Of a DNA stretch of 64,000 bases, positions 27,278 to 36,901 are shown piece by piece. The number at the start of each line of letters is the position of its first letter. Positions within the stretch are counted from its first letter, which is position 1. The notes under the pieces were generated by a model, which was not told the DNA's origin, searched no databases, and saw only the letters and a program-made list of their open reading frames with translations. A program made the position numbers and the translations under genes. The DNA comes from Chitinophagales bacterium (lineage in GTDB: Bacteria > Bacteroidota > Bacteroidia > Chitinophagales > LD1), in contig JAEUVA010000011.1 in NCBI GenBank assembly GCA_016787045.1, positions 143,028 through 207,027 of the forward strand. The letters run 5' to 3'.

Positions 27278-27604
27278 CTACTCGTTTAATATCTGGTCTG
27301 CTGTAATCAAAGGCGCCTCAATTTCTTGTGCTGTGCTAAATATGATTGAGTCGGCCAATTTGAGTTTATGTTTTTTGCAGTTTTCAATCGTTCTTTCTTT
27401 GATAGATGCACTCATTTCAATAATGATACATTCGTTTAACAGCGCTTGAGTGGCCTTTGTTTGTGCGGCAGTTAAATCCGGTTTAGATAAAATTTCTATT
27501 TCGTTGATAAATGAAACGTACCAGAGTTTATCTTTGATGAGATCGGCAATTGCTCGGTTGCCGTCTAACAAGTATATTAATACATTGGTATCAAGAAGCA
27601 GCAT
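27278..27604 (-). CDS. vapC: PIN-domain toxin VapC
   Basis: The N-terminus is MLLLDTNVLIYLLDGN. A downstream acidic residue (ADSIIFSTA) and ITADQ are present. The product is 108 aa. Confidence 0.8.
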   Translation of the reverse strand: MLLLDTNVLIYLLDGNRAIADLIKDKLWYVSFINEIEILSKPDLTAAQTKATQALLNECIIIEMSASIKERTIENCKKHKLKLADSIIFSTAQEIEAPLITADQILNE

Positions 27605-27771
27605 TATTCTTCTCTTCTTGATCGTTGGTACAAAACCGGATCTTCGGTTGCCTTTACTTTACCAAAAAACTTGCTCCAGTTTTGTTTTCTGGTAGCCAAT
27701 TTTTTTCTTCGGAGTTTCTCTAACTCTTGCTCTACCTGTACCTTTGACTTGCTGTTGAGCACTAATACCAT
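27604..27771 (-). CDS. Putative VapB-type antitoxin
   Basis: This is a 55-aa ORF from ATG 27771. Its stop overlaps the vapC ATG (TAATG). The longer listed version would overlap the kmo 3' end. Confidence 0.5.
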   Translation of the reverse strand: MVLVLNSKSKVQVEQELEKLRRKKLATRKQNWSKFFGKVKATEDPVLYQRSRREE

Positions 27772-27794
27772 ACCTGAAATTTTTCTAAAAGTAA

Positions 27795-29138
27795 TCAATT
27801 TTTTTCCAACCACTCCGCTGCCATTTTGAGCACCGTATCGCCTTGCCATTGTTGTTCTATATTATCAAGACGCATAATGGCCTCTAAAAGTTCGTTTTGT
27901 TTTTCTCCGCGCATTTTGGCTTCGTGGTAGCTGAGGTCGCTAAAGGTAACCATGCTGTAATGGGTCATAAATTTTTCGGGGAATGCTTCCGCTATACGTC
28001 TTTCTATTTGGGTGCGCAGTTGAAAATCTTTTCGCCCGCTGAGATCGCGCATTTCTATATAGTTGTGCAGCGCTAAATCTAAAATGGCATCGGCATTGGG
28101 CTTGCGTTGTGTTTGAAATTGGTATAATGTTTTTTCCCAATCTTCATGATGTTGGTTGAGCAGGTCATCCAGCTCGTTTACATCTTCAAACCCGCAGTTC
28201 ATGCCCTGGCCGTAAAACGGTACTATGGCGTGTGCGGCATCGCCTATCAAACAGGTGTTTTTGTATTTCCAGGGGTAGCAGCGGATGGTAACTAACGAGG
28301 AGGTGGGGTTTTTGAAAAACGTTTGGGCTAAATCGGGCATTAGCGCCAGCGCATCGGGGAAAAACTTTTGGAAAAATGCGGTTACCGATTTTTCATCTGT
28401 CAATTCAGCAAAAGAGTTTTCGCCTTCTAAGTTGTTAAACAACGTAAGGGTAAAGCTGCCATCGGTATTGGGCAGGGCAATGAGCATAAAACTGCCTCGC
28501 GGCCAAATGTGCAGCGCGTTTTTTTCCATCAGGTGCTCGCCATTGGGGCCGGGTGAAATGTGTAATTCTTTGTATCCGTACGGTTCGTGGTGCTGGTGAA
28601 TGTTGAAGTTGGGAGTGGTTTGCATTTGGTAGCGCACCTGGCTATAGGCCCCATCGCTGCCAAAAATGATGTCCGATTTTTGTGTGGCTATATTTTTTGA
28701 TTCGTTGTTTTCAAACTGCGCGGTGTTGGTGTCAAAATCGATGTGCGTGCAACGCTCATTAAAGTAAAAATCTACATTGGGGAACTTGTCGGCTTCTTCT
28801 ACCATGATGCGGTTGAGGTCGCCCCGGCTGATGGAGTAAATGGCTTGCCCCTCTTTGCCATAGGGAGTGAGTTGGGTATTGCCCTGCACATCGTGTATCA
28901 TGCGGCCATACATGGGTATGGCAATGTGCTCTACCTTTTCGTACAGCCCAATTTTTGATAATGCTTTGATACCGCGGTGGCTCAGCGCCAGGTTGATAGA
29001 GCGCCCGCCTATGTAGCCGGCTTTGCGCATATCGGGTCTGCGTTCATATACTTTTACGGTATGGCCGCGCCTGCTCATGTAGCAGGCGAGCATAGAGCCC
29101 ACCAACCCGGCTCCTACTATGGTTATTTGTTTTGCCAT
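27795..29138 (-). CDS. kmo: Kynurenine 3-monooxygenase (FAD-dependent)
   Basis: Motifs are ITIVGAGLVGS, GGRSINLALSHRGIKAL, LIGDAAHAIVPFYGQGMNCGFED. Confidence 0.85.
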   Translation of the reverse strand: MAKQITIVGAGLVGSMLACYMSRRGHTVKVYERRPDMRKAGYIGGRSINLALSHRGIKALSKIGLYEKVEHIAIPMYGRMIHDVQGNTQLTPYGKEGQAIYSISRGDLNRIMVEEADKFPNVDFYFNERCTHIDFDTNTAQFENNESKNIATQKSDIIFGSDGAYSQVRYQMQTTPNFNIHQHHEPYGYKELHISPGPNGEHLMEKNALHIWPRGSFMLIALPNTDGSFTLTLFNNLEGENSFAELTDEKSVTAFFQKFFPDALALMPDLAQTFFKNPTSSLVTIRCYPWKYKNTCLIGDAAHAIVPFYGQGMNCGFEDVNELDDLLNQHHEDWEKTLYQFQTQRKPNADAILDLALHNYIEMRDLSGRKDFQLRTQIERRIAEAFPEKFMTHYSMVTFSDLSYHEAKMRGEKQNELLEAIMRLDNIEQQWQGDTVLKMAAEWLEKN

Positions 29139-29364
29139 GTGGCGAAAATGAAAAAAACGGATGGATGAAGGACATGATTAAATACCGGGAGCGCAGATTT
29201 TTAAGATGGAGCGGATGGTGTGTGGCCGATAAATGTCGTTACTATTTGTTCGCTATGATGGGCAGTAATTACATCAAAAACCATGAGCCAACAATTTAAA
29301 GTGCTTCAAGAGGGTTAATCGTTACATTTACCTTTTATGTAATCGGTATCTCTAATTAGCAGGA

Positions 29365-30246
29365 ATGATTGTAATGGTAAATGCCCATCAAAAAGAGCAG
29401 AGCGTTGTGTTGCAAAAAATTGGGCTCTTAGTTTGGCTTTTCTCCTTGTTGTTGGTTTATGACGCCAATGCGCAGAACGACACTATTCCTGCCGGCAAAA
29501 TCATTTATAAAAACGCTCATCATTTTATTCCTACATTTTCTATTCAAGTACTACCCAGAGGTATTTTGTACAACAGGCAAGGCAACTTTGATGCCTTGAC
29601 AATAAAAGCACAATACAACATGGCCATTGATTATGGCTTTGATTACAACTATTCCATCAATCCAGTGTTTGGGGTTGGGGCTGGTTTTAGGGTAAAATAC
29701 TTTAGTTATCACTACCGTTTTTCCTCGCCCGAAATTTTGCCGGAGTATGGTTGTTGTAGAGTGTCGCATTTTACATTATACAACGTCACTTTTGATGTGC
29801 CTTTACAGTTTGTTTTCCGCTATCCATTCAAAAACAATTATGCATTTCGGTTGGTAGCGGGCCCGAATTTTCGTTTTTTGATGCATATAGATGATAATAC
29901 AATTTATCCCTTTAGCGAGCAGCAATTTTTCAATCTTACGTTTCATCCAACATCAATTAAGAAAGCATGGATGGTAGATGCTAATGCCGCATTTGGATTT
30001 GAAATGCAGACCAAAAAACATCACTTATTTTTTTTGCAGGGGGGTGTCAATTTTTCTTTTTTCAGAAGGGTGATCGGTAATTATCAGTTAATAAAAGGAG
30101 TAGATATTATTCAGCAGGGGATGTATCGCCAAAACCTAAGCCACATGGAGTTGAGGTTGGGTTATGTGTTTACGGGTGCACGCAAAAAATTGCGCATGGC
30201 CGGGTTGTTACCACCAAGTAAGGTTACTATCCTTTGGAGTAAATGA
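29365..30246 (+). CDS. Hypothetical outer-membrane beta-barrel-like protein
   Basis: The signal-like segment ends in YDANAQ. It contains many aromatic-terminated amphipathic strands. I do not recognise the family. Confidence 0.4.
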   Translation: MIVMVNAHQKEQSVVLQKIGLLVWLFSLLLVYDANAQNDTIPAGKIIYKNAHHFIPTFSIQVLPRGILYNRQGNFDALTIKAQYNMAIDYGFDYNYSINPVFGVGAGFRVKYFSYHYRFSSPEILPEYGCCRVSHFTLYNVTFDVPLQFVFRYPFKNNYAFRLVAGPNFRFLMHIDDNTIYPFSEQQFFNLTFHPTSIKKAWMVDANAAFGFEMQTKKHHLFFLQGGVNFSFFRRVIGNYQLIKGVDIIQQGMYRQNLSHMELRLGYVFTGARKKLRMAGLLPPSKVTILWSK

Positions 30247-30338
30247 GTTTTAAGTAGTAGAAATACATGTAAAGCAGATGGTCCCGATTTGGTGGGAGTA
30301 AGTGTATCGGATTTACTTACTCTGATTTCTTTGTTTCT

Positions 30339-30358
30339 GGCGGGTGTCTTCACCCGCC
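30339..30358 (+). terminator. GC-rich stem-loop downstream of 29365-30246
   Basis: GGCGGGTG-TCTT-CACCCGCC forms a perfect 8-bp stem. No U-tract follows, so terminator function is uncertain. Confidence 0.3.
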
Positions 30359-30469
30359 AATAGGAAATGAAAGGGGATGGGCTTAAAGGATTGTGCTCAG
30401 GGAGCTTCATATTTATGCGTCAGCAGGGGGTCATTAGAGGAATAAAATATCCCTTTTACCTTCACTCGC

Positions 30470-31792
30470 ATGAGTAAATTAGTACGCGGGCTTTCGCTGG
30501 CGCAATCGGTGGCGGTAAACACCATAGATATGGTGGGTATAGGGCCGTTTATCACCATTTCGTTTGTGATAGGGGCAATGGGCGGGCCGCAATGTATTAT
30601 TGCCTGGCTGCTGGGTGCGCTGCTCAGCTTTGCCGATGGCGCGGTGTGGGCAGAGCTGGGTGCCAAGTGGAGCGAGGCGGGCGGCAGCTATCAGTTTTTG
30701 CAAAAACTTTATGGCAAAAAATGGGGGCGGCTGATGGCCTTTTTATATGTGTGGCAAACCAGCATACAAGCCCCATTGGTGGTGGCATCGGGCGCAATAG
30801 GGTTTGCACAGTATTTTACTTACCTGATACCTTTAGAGGCATGGCAGCAAAAAGCCATATCGGGCGGGCTGGTGGTGCTTATCACCTTTTTGCTCTACCG
30901 CAAAATTGGCGACATCGGCAACATATCGGTGTTTATGGGTATAGTAACCGGGGGCACCATTTTGTGGCTCATTGGCAGTGCTGTGGCGCACTTTGACCCG
31001 GCATTGGCCTTTACCTATCCGCCCGATGCGTTTGATTTTACCCCCGCCTTTTTTTGGGGGCTTGGGCAGGCGAGTATCAAAACGGTGTATTCGTATTTGG
31101 GTTACTATAACGTATGCCACCTGGGGGGAGAAATCAAAGAGCCGGAGCGCAACATACCGCGCAGTATTTTTATTTCTATAGCCATTATTGCGGTGTTGTA
31201 TTTGCTCATGCAACTATCGGTGCTGGGTGTAATTCCGTGGCAAGAGGCAGCTAAGAGTGAGTTTATTGTGAGCACTTATTTTGAGCGCACCAACGGCCCT
31301 GTGGCGGCTGTAGTAGCTACGGCTTTGGTGTTGTTTATTGCCATCAGTTCGTTGTTTGCCGTGCTGCTGGGCTACTCAAGGGTGCCATACGCGGCTGCTG
31401 TAGATGGCAATTATTTTAAGGTGTTTGCCCGCCTGCATCCTACCAAAAATTTTCCGCATGTATCGCTATTGGCCTTGGCGGGTTTGGCCTTTGTGTTTAG
31501 CTTGTTGTTTAAAATGAAAGAGGTGATAACCGCCATTATAGTGATGCGCATTATGGTGCAGTTTTTGGGGCAGAGCGTGGGCATTATTGCCTTTCATATC
31601 CGGCACCCGCAAGAGCGCTTTCCGTACCGCATGTGGATGTATCCGCTGCCGGCACTCACCGGTATAGTGGTGTGGTTATTTATCTTTTTTTCGGCAGAGT
31701 GGGTGTATATGGCAGGGGCACTTGGGGTAATTGCACTGGGGGGTGTGGTGTACTTTATTAAGCAGCGATTGTCCGTGGCTAACACTCGTTAG
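30470..31792 (+). CDS. APC-superfamily amino acid permease
   Basis: There are about 12 hydrophobic segments. The N-terminal region reads VNTIDMVGIGPFITISF..GALLSFADGAVWAELGA. Confidence 0.75.
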   Translation: MSKLVRGLSLAQSVAVNTIDMVGIGPFITISFVIGAMGGPQCIIAWLLGALLSFADGAVWAELGAKWSEAGGSYQFLQKLYGKKWGRLMAFLYVWQTSIQAPLVVASGAIGFAQYFTYLIPLEAWQQKAISGGLVVLITFLLYRKIGDIGNISVFMGIVTGGTILWLIGSAVAHFDPALAFTYPPDAFDFTPAFFWGLGQASIKTVYSYLGYYNVCHLGGEIKEPERNIPRSIFISIAIIAVLYLLMQLSVLGVIPWQEAAKSEFIVSTYFERTNGPVAAVVATALVLFIAISSLFAVLLGYSRVPYAAAVDGNYFKVFARLHPTKNFPHVSLLALAGLAFVFSLLFKMKEVITAIIVMRIMVQFLGQSVGIIAFHIRHPQERFPYRMWMYPLPALTGIVVWLFIFFSAEWVYMAGALGVIALGGVVYFIKQRLSVANTR

Positions 31793-32952
31793 TTTTTGTT
31801 TTTCCGCAGGCCGTTTTGTAACTCGTATTGCAGACCAAACTGTATGCACATGCCTATGCCATAGGGGCTGCCGGTTTTGGTTTTGCGCTGGTAGTAGTAT
31901 TGCTTATTGCCAATACAGGTGCCTACACACACGTTTTTTACAGTCAATTGCCCGCTGCCGGTGGTGGTCATGCTGTGCGAGCGCAGGCCACGGTATGCTT
32001 TATCTGTGCTTTGCCGGTACTTTGTTTCATTAACCACGCCATGCCGCAATGCACTTTGAATACCGTAGGCAAACATGGCGGTGCAGGAGCTTTCTATCCA
32101 GTTATCGGGCTCGGTATGGCGCAAGGGCAACTGATACCAGTGGCCGGTAATGTCATCTTGCCGGTCGGGCAGGTTAACTATCATCTCTTTGAGGTAGCCG
32201 GCCATCTCTGTCCACAGGGGGTTTTCTTTGGGTATCACATCCAGTGCATCAGATAAAGTAACCACTATCCAGCCATTGCCGCGACCCCACATTTCGGTGC
32301 TTCTGCGCGTTTGTTTATCGGGCCAGTGCATTTGGCTGCAAAAGGTGCAGTGTATGCGGTTGTTGCTATCCCAGCCGTGTACCCACAGGCCGCTGTCGGG
32401 GTCGCTTAGTTTATCGTGGTGCAAGCGAAATTGCTTAGCAAACTCGTTCAAGTATTTTTCATCACCGGTGGCTTGGTACATACCCAACAAAAATTGGCCA
32501 ATCATAAACACGGTATCGTCCCACAGCTCGGTAAACAGTTTGAGGTGCGAAACTCCACCCTCTTGGGTCCGCCTGATTTTTAGGTACTGCCGGTATATTC
32601 TTTCTGCTTTGGTTTTGTACTTCTCGTCTTTAGTAGTGCGATACAAAAACGCCAGCCCAAGTGCCGAGGCCACATCGTTAGGCGAGGTACCGTTGGCCAC
32701 CGCCATGTTTTTTTTCATGGCCTTTTGTACATACTCCACATATTGGTTTTTAGAGGACTCCGGTGCCCACTCGTATTGTTTGACCATGGTGTTGAGCAAC
32801 GCTGCGTGCGTCCATAGCCAACAGTATTTGTTGGGAGGTAAAAATTGAGCGCGCGCATACGCATCCAGCGAGTCCACCCAGGTTTGTGCCCGGGTGCAAC
32901 TATTTACACTCAAAGAAGTAAGCAGTACGAGTAAAAACTTACGGAATAGCAT
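31789..32952 (-). CDS. Glycoside hydrolase family 88/105-like (unsaturated glucuronyl/rhamnogalacturonyl hydrolase)
   Basis: There is a signal peptide. Motifs are WDDTVFMIGQFLL, HGWDS and WGRGNGWIVVTLSD. Confidence 0.65.
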   Translation of the reverse strand: MLFRKFLLVLLTSLSVNSCTRAQTWVDSLDAYARAQFLPPNKYCWLWTHAALLNTMVKQYEWAPESSKNQYVEYVQKAMKKNMAVANGTSPNDVASALGLAFLYRTTKDEKYKTKAERIYRQYLKIRRTQEGGVSHLKLFTELWDDTVFMIGQFLLGMYQATGDEKYLNEFAKQFRLHHDKLSDPDSGLWVHGWDSNNRIHCTFCSQMHWPDKQTRRSTEMWGRGNGWIVVTLSDALDVIPKENPLWTEMAGYLKEMIVNLPDRQDDITGHWYQLPLRHTEPDNWIESSCTAMFAYGIQSALRHGVVNETKYRQSTDKAYRGLRSHSMTTTGSGQLTVKNVCVGTCIGNKQYYYQRKTKTGSPYGIGMCIQFGLQYELQNGLRKNKN

Positions 32953-32997
32953 GAGGGGTTATTGAGCAATTATATTTGGCCAATATTACATTAGTTG

Positions 32998-33744
32998 ATG
33001 ATGAGAAAAATGTTTCTTCCGTTCCTGCTCTTGTTTTCGCTGGTGAGCATAGCACAACAAAAGCGGGCCATAACGCTGCCCGAAATGGTTTTGGTGCAAG
33101 GCGGTACCTTTGATATGGGCAGCCATACCGGGGTAAAAAACGAAAGGCCGGTGCACCCTGTTACGGTAAAGAATTTTTACATGGGTGTGTATGAAGTAAC
33201 CCAGAGTATGTGGCAGCAAGTAATGGGCTACAACCCCTCGTATTTTAAAAATTGCCCCAATTGCCCGGTAGAAGAGGCCACACCCAAGCAGGTAGATGAA
33301 TTTATTGCCAAGTTAAATGAACTTACCGGCAAACACTACCGCTTGCCCACCGAGGCCGAGTGGGAGTATGCCGCCCGTGGCGGAAACCAAAGTAAGGGTT
33401 ACCACTACCCCGGCAGCGATAGTTTGTTTGAGGTGGGCTGGGTGCGCGATAATGCCGATAAAAAAACACACGAGGTGGGGCTTAAAAAACCCAACGAACT
33501 TGGGTTGTACGATATGAGCGGCAACGTGTGGGAGCTGTGCATAGATTGGTGGAACCCCGCATACTACAAAAAGCGCGTAAGGGATAATCCGGCAAATCTC
33601 AAAAAAGCAATTTTTAGAGTCACCCGTGGCGGCTCGTGGCGCAGTGGCGAAGAGCGCTGCTACAATACGGCTCGCAACCGCAACGTGTACGATCACCACA
33701 AGCAAAACTGCGGGTTTAGGTTGGTGGTGGAGGCGACAGAATAA
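32998..33744 (+). CDS. Formylglycine-generating enzyme family protein (SUMF1/FGE-like)
   Basis: Motifs are MVLVQGGTFDMGS, YRLPTEAEWEYAARGG, GLYDMSGNVWELC, RVTRGGSW, GFRLV. Confidence 0.85.
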   Translation: MMRKMFLPFLLLFSLVSIAQQKRAITLPEMVLVQGGTFDMGSHTGVKNERPVHPVTVKNFYMGVYEVTQSMWQQVMGYNPSYFKNCPNCPVEEATPKQVDEFIAKLNELTGKHYRLPTEAEWEYAARGGNQSKGYHYPGSDSLFEVGWVRDNADKKTHEVGLKKPNELGLYDMSGNVWELCIDWWNPAYYKKRVRDNPANLKKAIFRVTRGGSWRSGEERCYNTARNRNVYDHHKQNCGFRLVVEATE

Positions 33745-34073
33745 CGTGTAATAAGAGCTGTACAGGGCATTGCACGCTTTAACCCCAATCCTTCAAAATA
33801 AAAATACTTCAAGTGTTTGTACGGAAAATATGTGTAGATGTCCTTACGGTGAATTAGGCGAATAAACTCAACAGTATCTCTATCTATTAAAATGCCGGCA
33901 CGATATTCTCCGATGCGTATTCGGTAATGATTTTTGTAACCGCTAAGTTTTTTGAGCTGTTTATTGCTGTTGGTATCTGTAGCCGCCTCCACTTGCTCAA
34001 TACACTCTGCTACTTTGAGTAACAACTTTTTGTCTTGAATTTTGTCGGTATCTTTCTCAAAAACTTTTATCAA
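33693..34073 (-). CDS. RelE/ParE-family toxin with C-terminal extension
   Basis: The core is YKNHYRIRIGEYRAGILIDRDTVEFIRLIHRKDIY. The ORF runs about 40 aa past the usual end and overlaps the convergent FGE gene by 52 nt. Confidence 0.6.
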   Translation of the reverse strand: MIKVFEKDTDKIQDKKLLLKVAECIEQVEAATDTNSNKQLKKLSGYKNHYRIRIGEYRAGILIDRDTVEFIRLIHRKDIYTYFPYKHLKYFYFEGLGLKRAMPCTALITRYSVASTTNLNPQFCLW

Positions 34074-34082
34074 TCAATACCT

Positions 34083-34283
34083 TCATTTGCCCTTCAGCTT
34101 TTTGAGGTAATTGTTTGTGTTAACGTACTTGCCAGTACGTGCTTTTTTCATGGCATTGGCTAATGCGATATCTTCTAATCCATCATGATTTAATATCTTA
34201 GTGCTCAGGCCAATTTTTTTGGCTAACTCGGCCAAAATCTTGATATCCTTTTTATTGGGGCTTTGCAGTAGTAATGTTTCCAT
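34083..34283 (-). CDS. Putative antitoxin
   Basis: This is a 66-aa ORF 9 nt upstream of the toxin. The call rests on context. Confidence 0.5.
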   Translation of the reverse strand: METLLLQSPNKKDIKILAELAKKIGLSTKILNHDGLEDIALANAMKKARTGKYVNTNNYLKKLKGK

Positions 34284-34345
34284 GTCGTAAATGTAGTTTT
34301 ATGCACCGCACAAAACAAGCAAACCATCCTATAGAAATATTACTG

Positions 34346-34585
34346 CTATATTTCATGCAGCTCCTCGGCAGTATTTTGGCTGTGCTCCAGCACAATGTTT
34401 ACTGAGGTGGCCGATGGGCTAAGCCGAGCATCATTAAGCAAATCTTTCATGCTCAGGATATCATTTAACTCAGCCAGTAAATGAGGGTTGTCTGCTAATT
34501 CGCGCTCTAAGCGGGCGGCTTGCTCCGGAGTGGTTTCTCCGTAGGCGTGTAACAGTAAAAGGTCTTGAGTAGAGATTTGTATCAT
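34346..34585 (-). CDS. Hypothetical small acidic protein
   Basis: This is a 79-aa ORF with no overlapping competitor. I do not recognise the family. Confidence 0.35.
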   Translation of the reverse strand: MIQISTQDLLLLHAYGETTPEQAARLERELADNPHLLAELNDILSMKDLLNDARLSPSATSVNIVLEHSQNTAEELHEI

Positions 34586-34742
34586 GTGTTTAGTTTTAAT
34601 ATTTGGCTATAAAACGCTCACTACCGGGTTTATTGTGTGGCGGGCCACAAAAATTTGTGAAAATGTATGGCGGGGTAATACAAACCAGAGTTATACACAG
34701 CATTTGCGCGATAAGTAGCTAATGGTATTTTAGCCGCGCACT

Positions 34743-34750
34743 TAACTTTG
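34743..34750 (+). promoter_or_regulatory. Bacteroidota-type -7 promoter element (TAnnTTTG) for dnaN
   Basis: TAACTTTG ends 22 nt upstream of the dnaN ATG. Confidence 0.35.
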
Positions 34751-34772
34751 ACCACAAATTACAATAGAAGAA

Positions 34773-35891
34773 ATGAAGTTTATCGTATCTACCACCGCGC
34801 TTCTGAAGAGTTTGCAAACCATTAATGGTGTAGTAAACACCAATTCGGTATTGCCTATTTTGGAAGACTTTTTGTTTGAGATAAAAGGCGGCACCCTTAC
34901 TGTATTTGCCACCGACTTAGAAACCTCTATGAGCACCGAGCTAAAAGTAGAGAGCAAAGAAAACGGTAAAATTGCCATACCTGCGCGTATTTTGATGGAT
35001 ACGCTCAAAACCCTACCCGAGCAGCCGCTTACCTTTAAGGTAGATAACAAAACCTTTGGCATAGAAATTACTTCGGAAACAGGCCGCTATAAACTCACCG
35101 GAGAAAACCCGGAGGATTTCCCAAAAATACCACAGCCCGAATCGGTTACCGAAATCAATTTACCCGCATCTTCGTTAGGTCACGCCATAGCACAAACCCT
35201 TTTTGCTGTAAGTGGCGATGACCTCCGCCCGGCTATGACAGGTGTATTGTTTCAGCTATCGCCCGATGGAGTAACTTTTGTATCTACCGATGCTCACAAA
35301 TTGGTAAAACTAACCCGCAAAGACGTAAAGGCCGCCAAAGCCGCACAGTTCATTGTGCCTAAAAAAGCATTGAACTTGCTCAAGAGCGCATTACCGGCCA
35401 GCGAAAGCGGTGTAAATGTTTCTTACAATAAGAGCAATGCCTTTTTTACGTTCGAAAACACCAAGCTGATTTGCCGGCTCATAGATGCCAACTATCCCGA
35501 TTACAACGCAGTAATTCCGCAAAACAACCCCAACAAACTTTCTATCAACCGTTTGGAGTTTCAAAATGCTTTGCGCAGAATTTCTATCTATTCTAACAAA
35601 ACCACTTACCAGGTAGTGCTGACCATAGCCGGCAGCGAGCTGAAGGTATCTGCACAGGATTTAGATTTCAGCAACGAAGCCAACGAGCAACTCACTTGCA
35701 GCTACGAAGGGGCAGATTTAGAAATTGCCTTCAACGCCCGCTTTTTGATTGAAATGTTGGGTGTATTAACTTCTAACGAAATTGAAATTGAACTCAGCAC
35801 CCCTACCCGTGCCGGTGTACTCCGCCCGGTAGAAAAAGATGAAGACGAAGACCTGCTGATGTTGGTAATGCCGGTGATGATAAACGCGTAA
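34773..35891 (+). CDS. dnaN: DNA polymerase III beta sliding clamp
   Basis: The N-terminus is MKFIVSTTALLKSLQTINGVV. Motifs are LRPAMTGVLF, VSTDAHKL and NYPDYNAVIP. The 372-aa three-domain length fits. Confidence 0.9.
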   Translation: MKFIVSTTALLKSLQTINGVVNTNSVLPILEDFLFEIKGGTLTVFATDLETSMSTELKVESKENGKIAIPARILMDTLKTLPEQPLTFKVDNKTFGIEITSETGRYKLTGENPEDFPKIPQPESVTEINLPASSLGHAIAQTLFAVSGDDLRPAMTGVLFQLSPDGVTFVSTDAHKLVKLTRKDVKAAKAAQFIVPKKALNLLKSALPASESGVNVSYNKSNAFFTFENTKLICRLIDANYPDYNAVIPQNNPNKLSINRLEFQNALRRISIYSNKTTYQVVLTIAGSELKVSAQDLDFSNEANEQLTCSYEGADLEIAFNARFLIEMLGVLTSNEIEIELSTPTRAGVLRPVEKDEDEDLLMLVMPVMINA

Positions 35892-35978
35892 TTGTTTTTT
35901 CTCCTGCCACAGATGTAAATACTCGTGTTTGGTTAGTGCGCTATTGCTTTGCAAGGGCAGCAACCACAAATAGACAAG

Positions 35979-36866
35979 ATGATGTACCGAAAGCCGAGTT
36001 TTATTTGTATTGGCGCCCAAAAAGCGGGAACATCTTGGTTGTACAACAATCTATGCAAGCATCCGCAAGCCGCTATGCTTCCGCTCAAAGAGTTGCATTA
36101 TTTTGATGAGATAGAAATGGGGCTAAAGACCAACCTATACAACCGATTAGTAGATGGGCATTGGCGAAACAAATGGTGGCGCACCAACTTTTGGCAATAT
36201 TTTTACAGTTCGTGTGCTACAAGAAATACAACCCAACTTTTGTGGGTTCTAAAATACTTTTTGGGTAAAAGAAGTTTTGAGTGGTATAATTCTTTGTTTC
36301 CGGACGTTGCCGGAAAAATTACGGGTGATTTTACACCTGCTTACACCATACTTTCTGAAAATCTGGTGCGTGAAATTCACCGAGCGTTTCCGCACACTAA
36401 AATTATTCTTCTTTTACGAGACCCCGTTGAGCGAGATTGGTCACAGTACAAAATGGTATTAAAGCGTACAGGCAAAACCGAATTGTTGCTAGACAAAAGC
36501 AATGCTTATTTTAATGAGATTATTCTTGAAAAGGGCGCACGAAGCAACTACTTACATGCCCTTAACGCTTGGTCTGCTTGCTATCCGGCCGAGCAGTTTT
36601 TTGTGGGCTTTTATGATAGTATTCAAGAAAATCCGCAGCAGCTGTTTAATAATATATGCCATTTTTTGGCTATTGATAACTACAACACTGAAAGCGCTAC
36701 CGAATTTGTGAACAAGGGAATGGAAAAAAGTGCCGATAGTGACGTTATGCAAATTCTGGCAGAAAAATACAAGGATGATTTAGTTGCGCTGAGCAACTAT
36801 TTCAGCAAACATCCGGTTAATTACCCGGCTCGTTGGCTACAAAAATATTTTGGCGGCAATAGCTAA
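35979..36866 (+). CDS. Sulfotransferase family protein
   Basis: The 5'-PSB loop is FICIGAQKAGTSWLY and the 3'-PB motif is LLLRDPVERDWSQY. I prefer the ATG at 35979. Confidence 0.75.
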   Translation: MMYRKPSFICIGAQKAGTSWLYNNLCKHPQAAMLPLKELHYFDEIEMGLKTNLYNRLVDGHWRNKWWRTNFWQYFYSSCATRNTTQLLWVLKYFLGKRSFEWYNSLFPDVAGKITGDFTPAYTILSENLVREIHRAFPHTKIILLLRDPVERDWSQYKMVLKRTGKTELLLDKSNAYFNEIILEKGARSNYLHALNAWSACYPAEQFFVGFYDSIQENPQQLFNNICHFLAIDNYNTESATEFVNKGMEKSADSDVMQILAEKYKDDLVALSNYFSKHPVNYPARWLQKYFGGNS

Positions 36867-36901
36867 TGGATTAACAAAACTGCAAAGGCCTACTACTCCC
36901 T

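Noticed and set aside
27772-27849. The longer 81-aa version of the VapB-like ORF
   Set aside because: The extension overlaps the 3' end of kmo by 55 nt and adds non-conserved-looking sequence. The internal ATG at 27771 gives a compact antitoxin.
30592-31213. The ORFs 30592-30996 (+) and 30833-31213 (-) inside the permease gene
   Set aside because: They are alternative-frame and antisense shadows of a GC-rich membrane-protein gene. Their Arg/Gly/Pro-rich translations have no domain signature.
34586-34772. The dnaN upstream region as the replication origin
   Set aside because: It has only one good DnaA box (TTATACACA at 34691-34699), two weak ones and no marked AT-rich tract. This is much weaker than the 42.0-42.5 kb cluster, and it more likely reflects dnaN promoter regulation.
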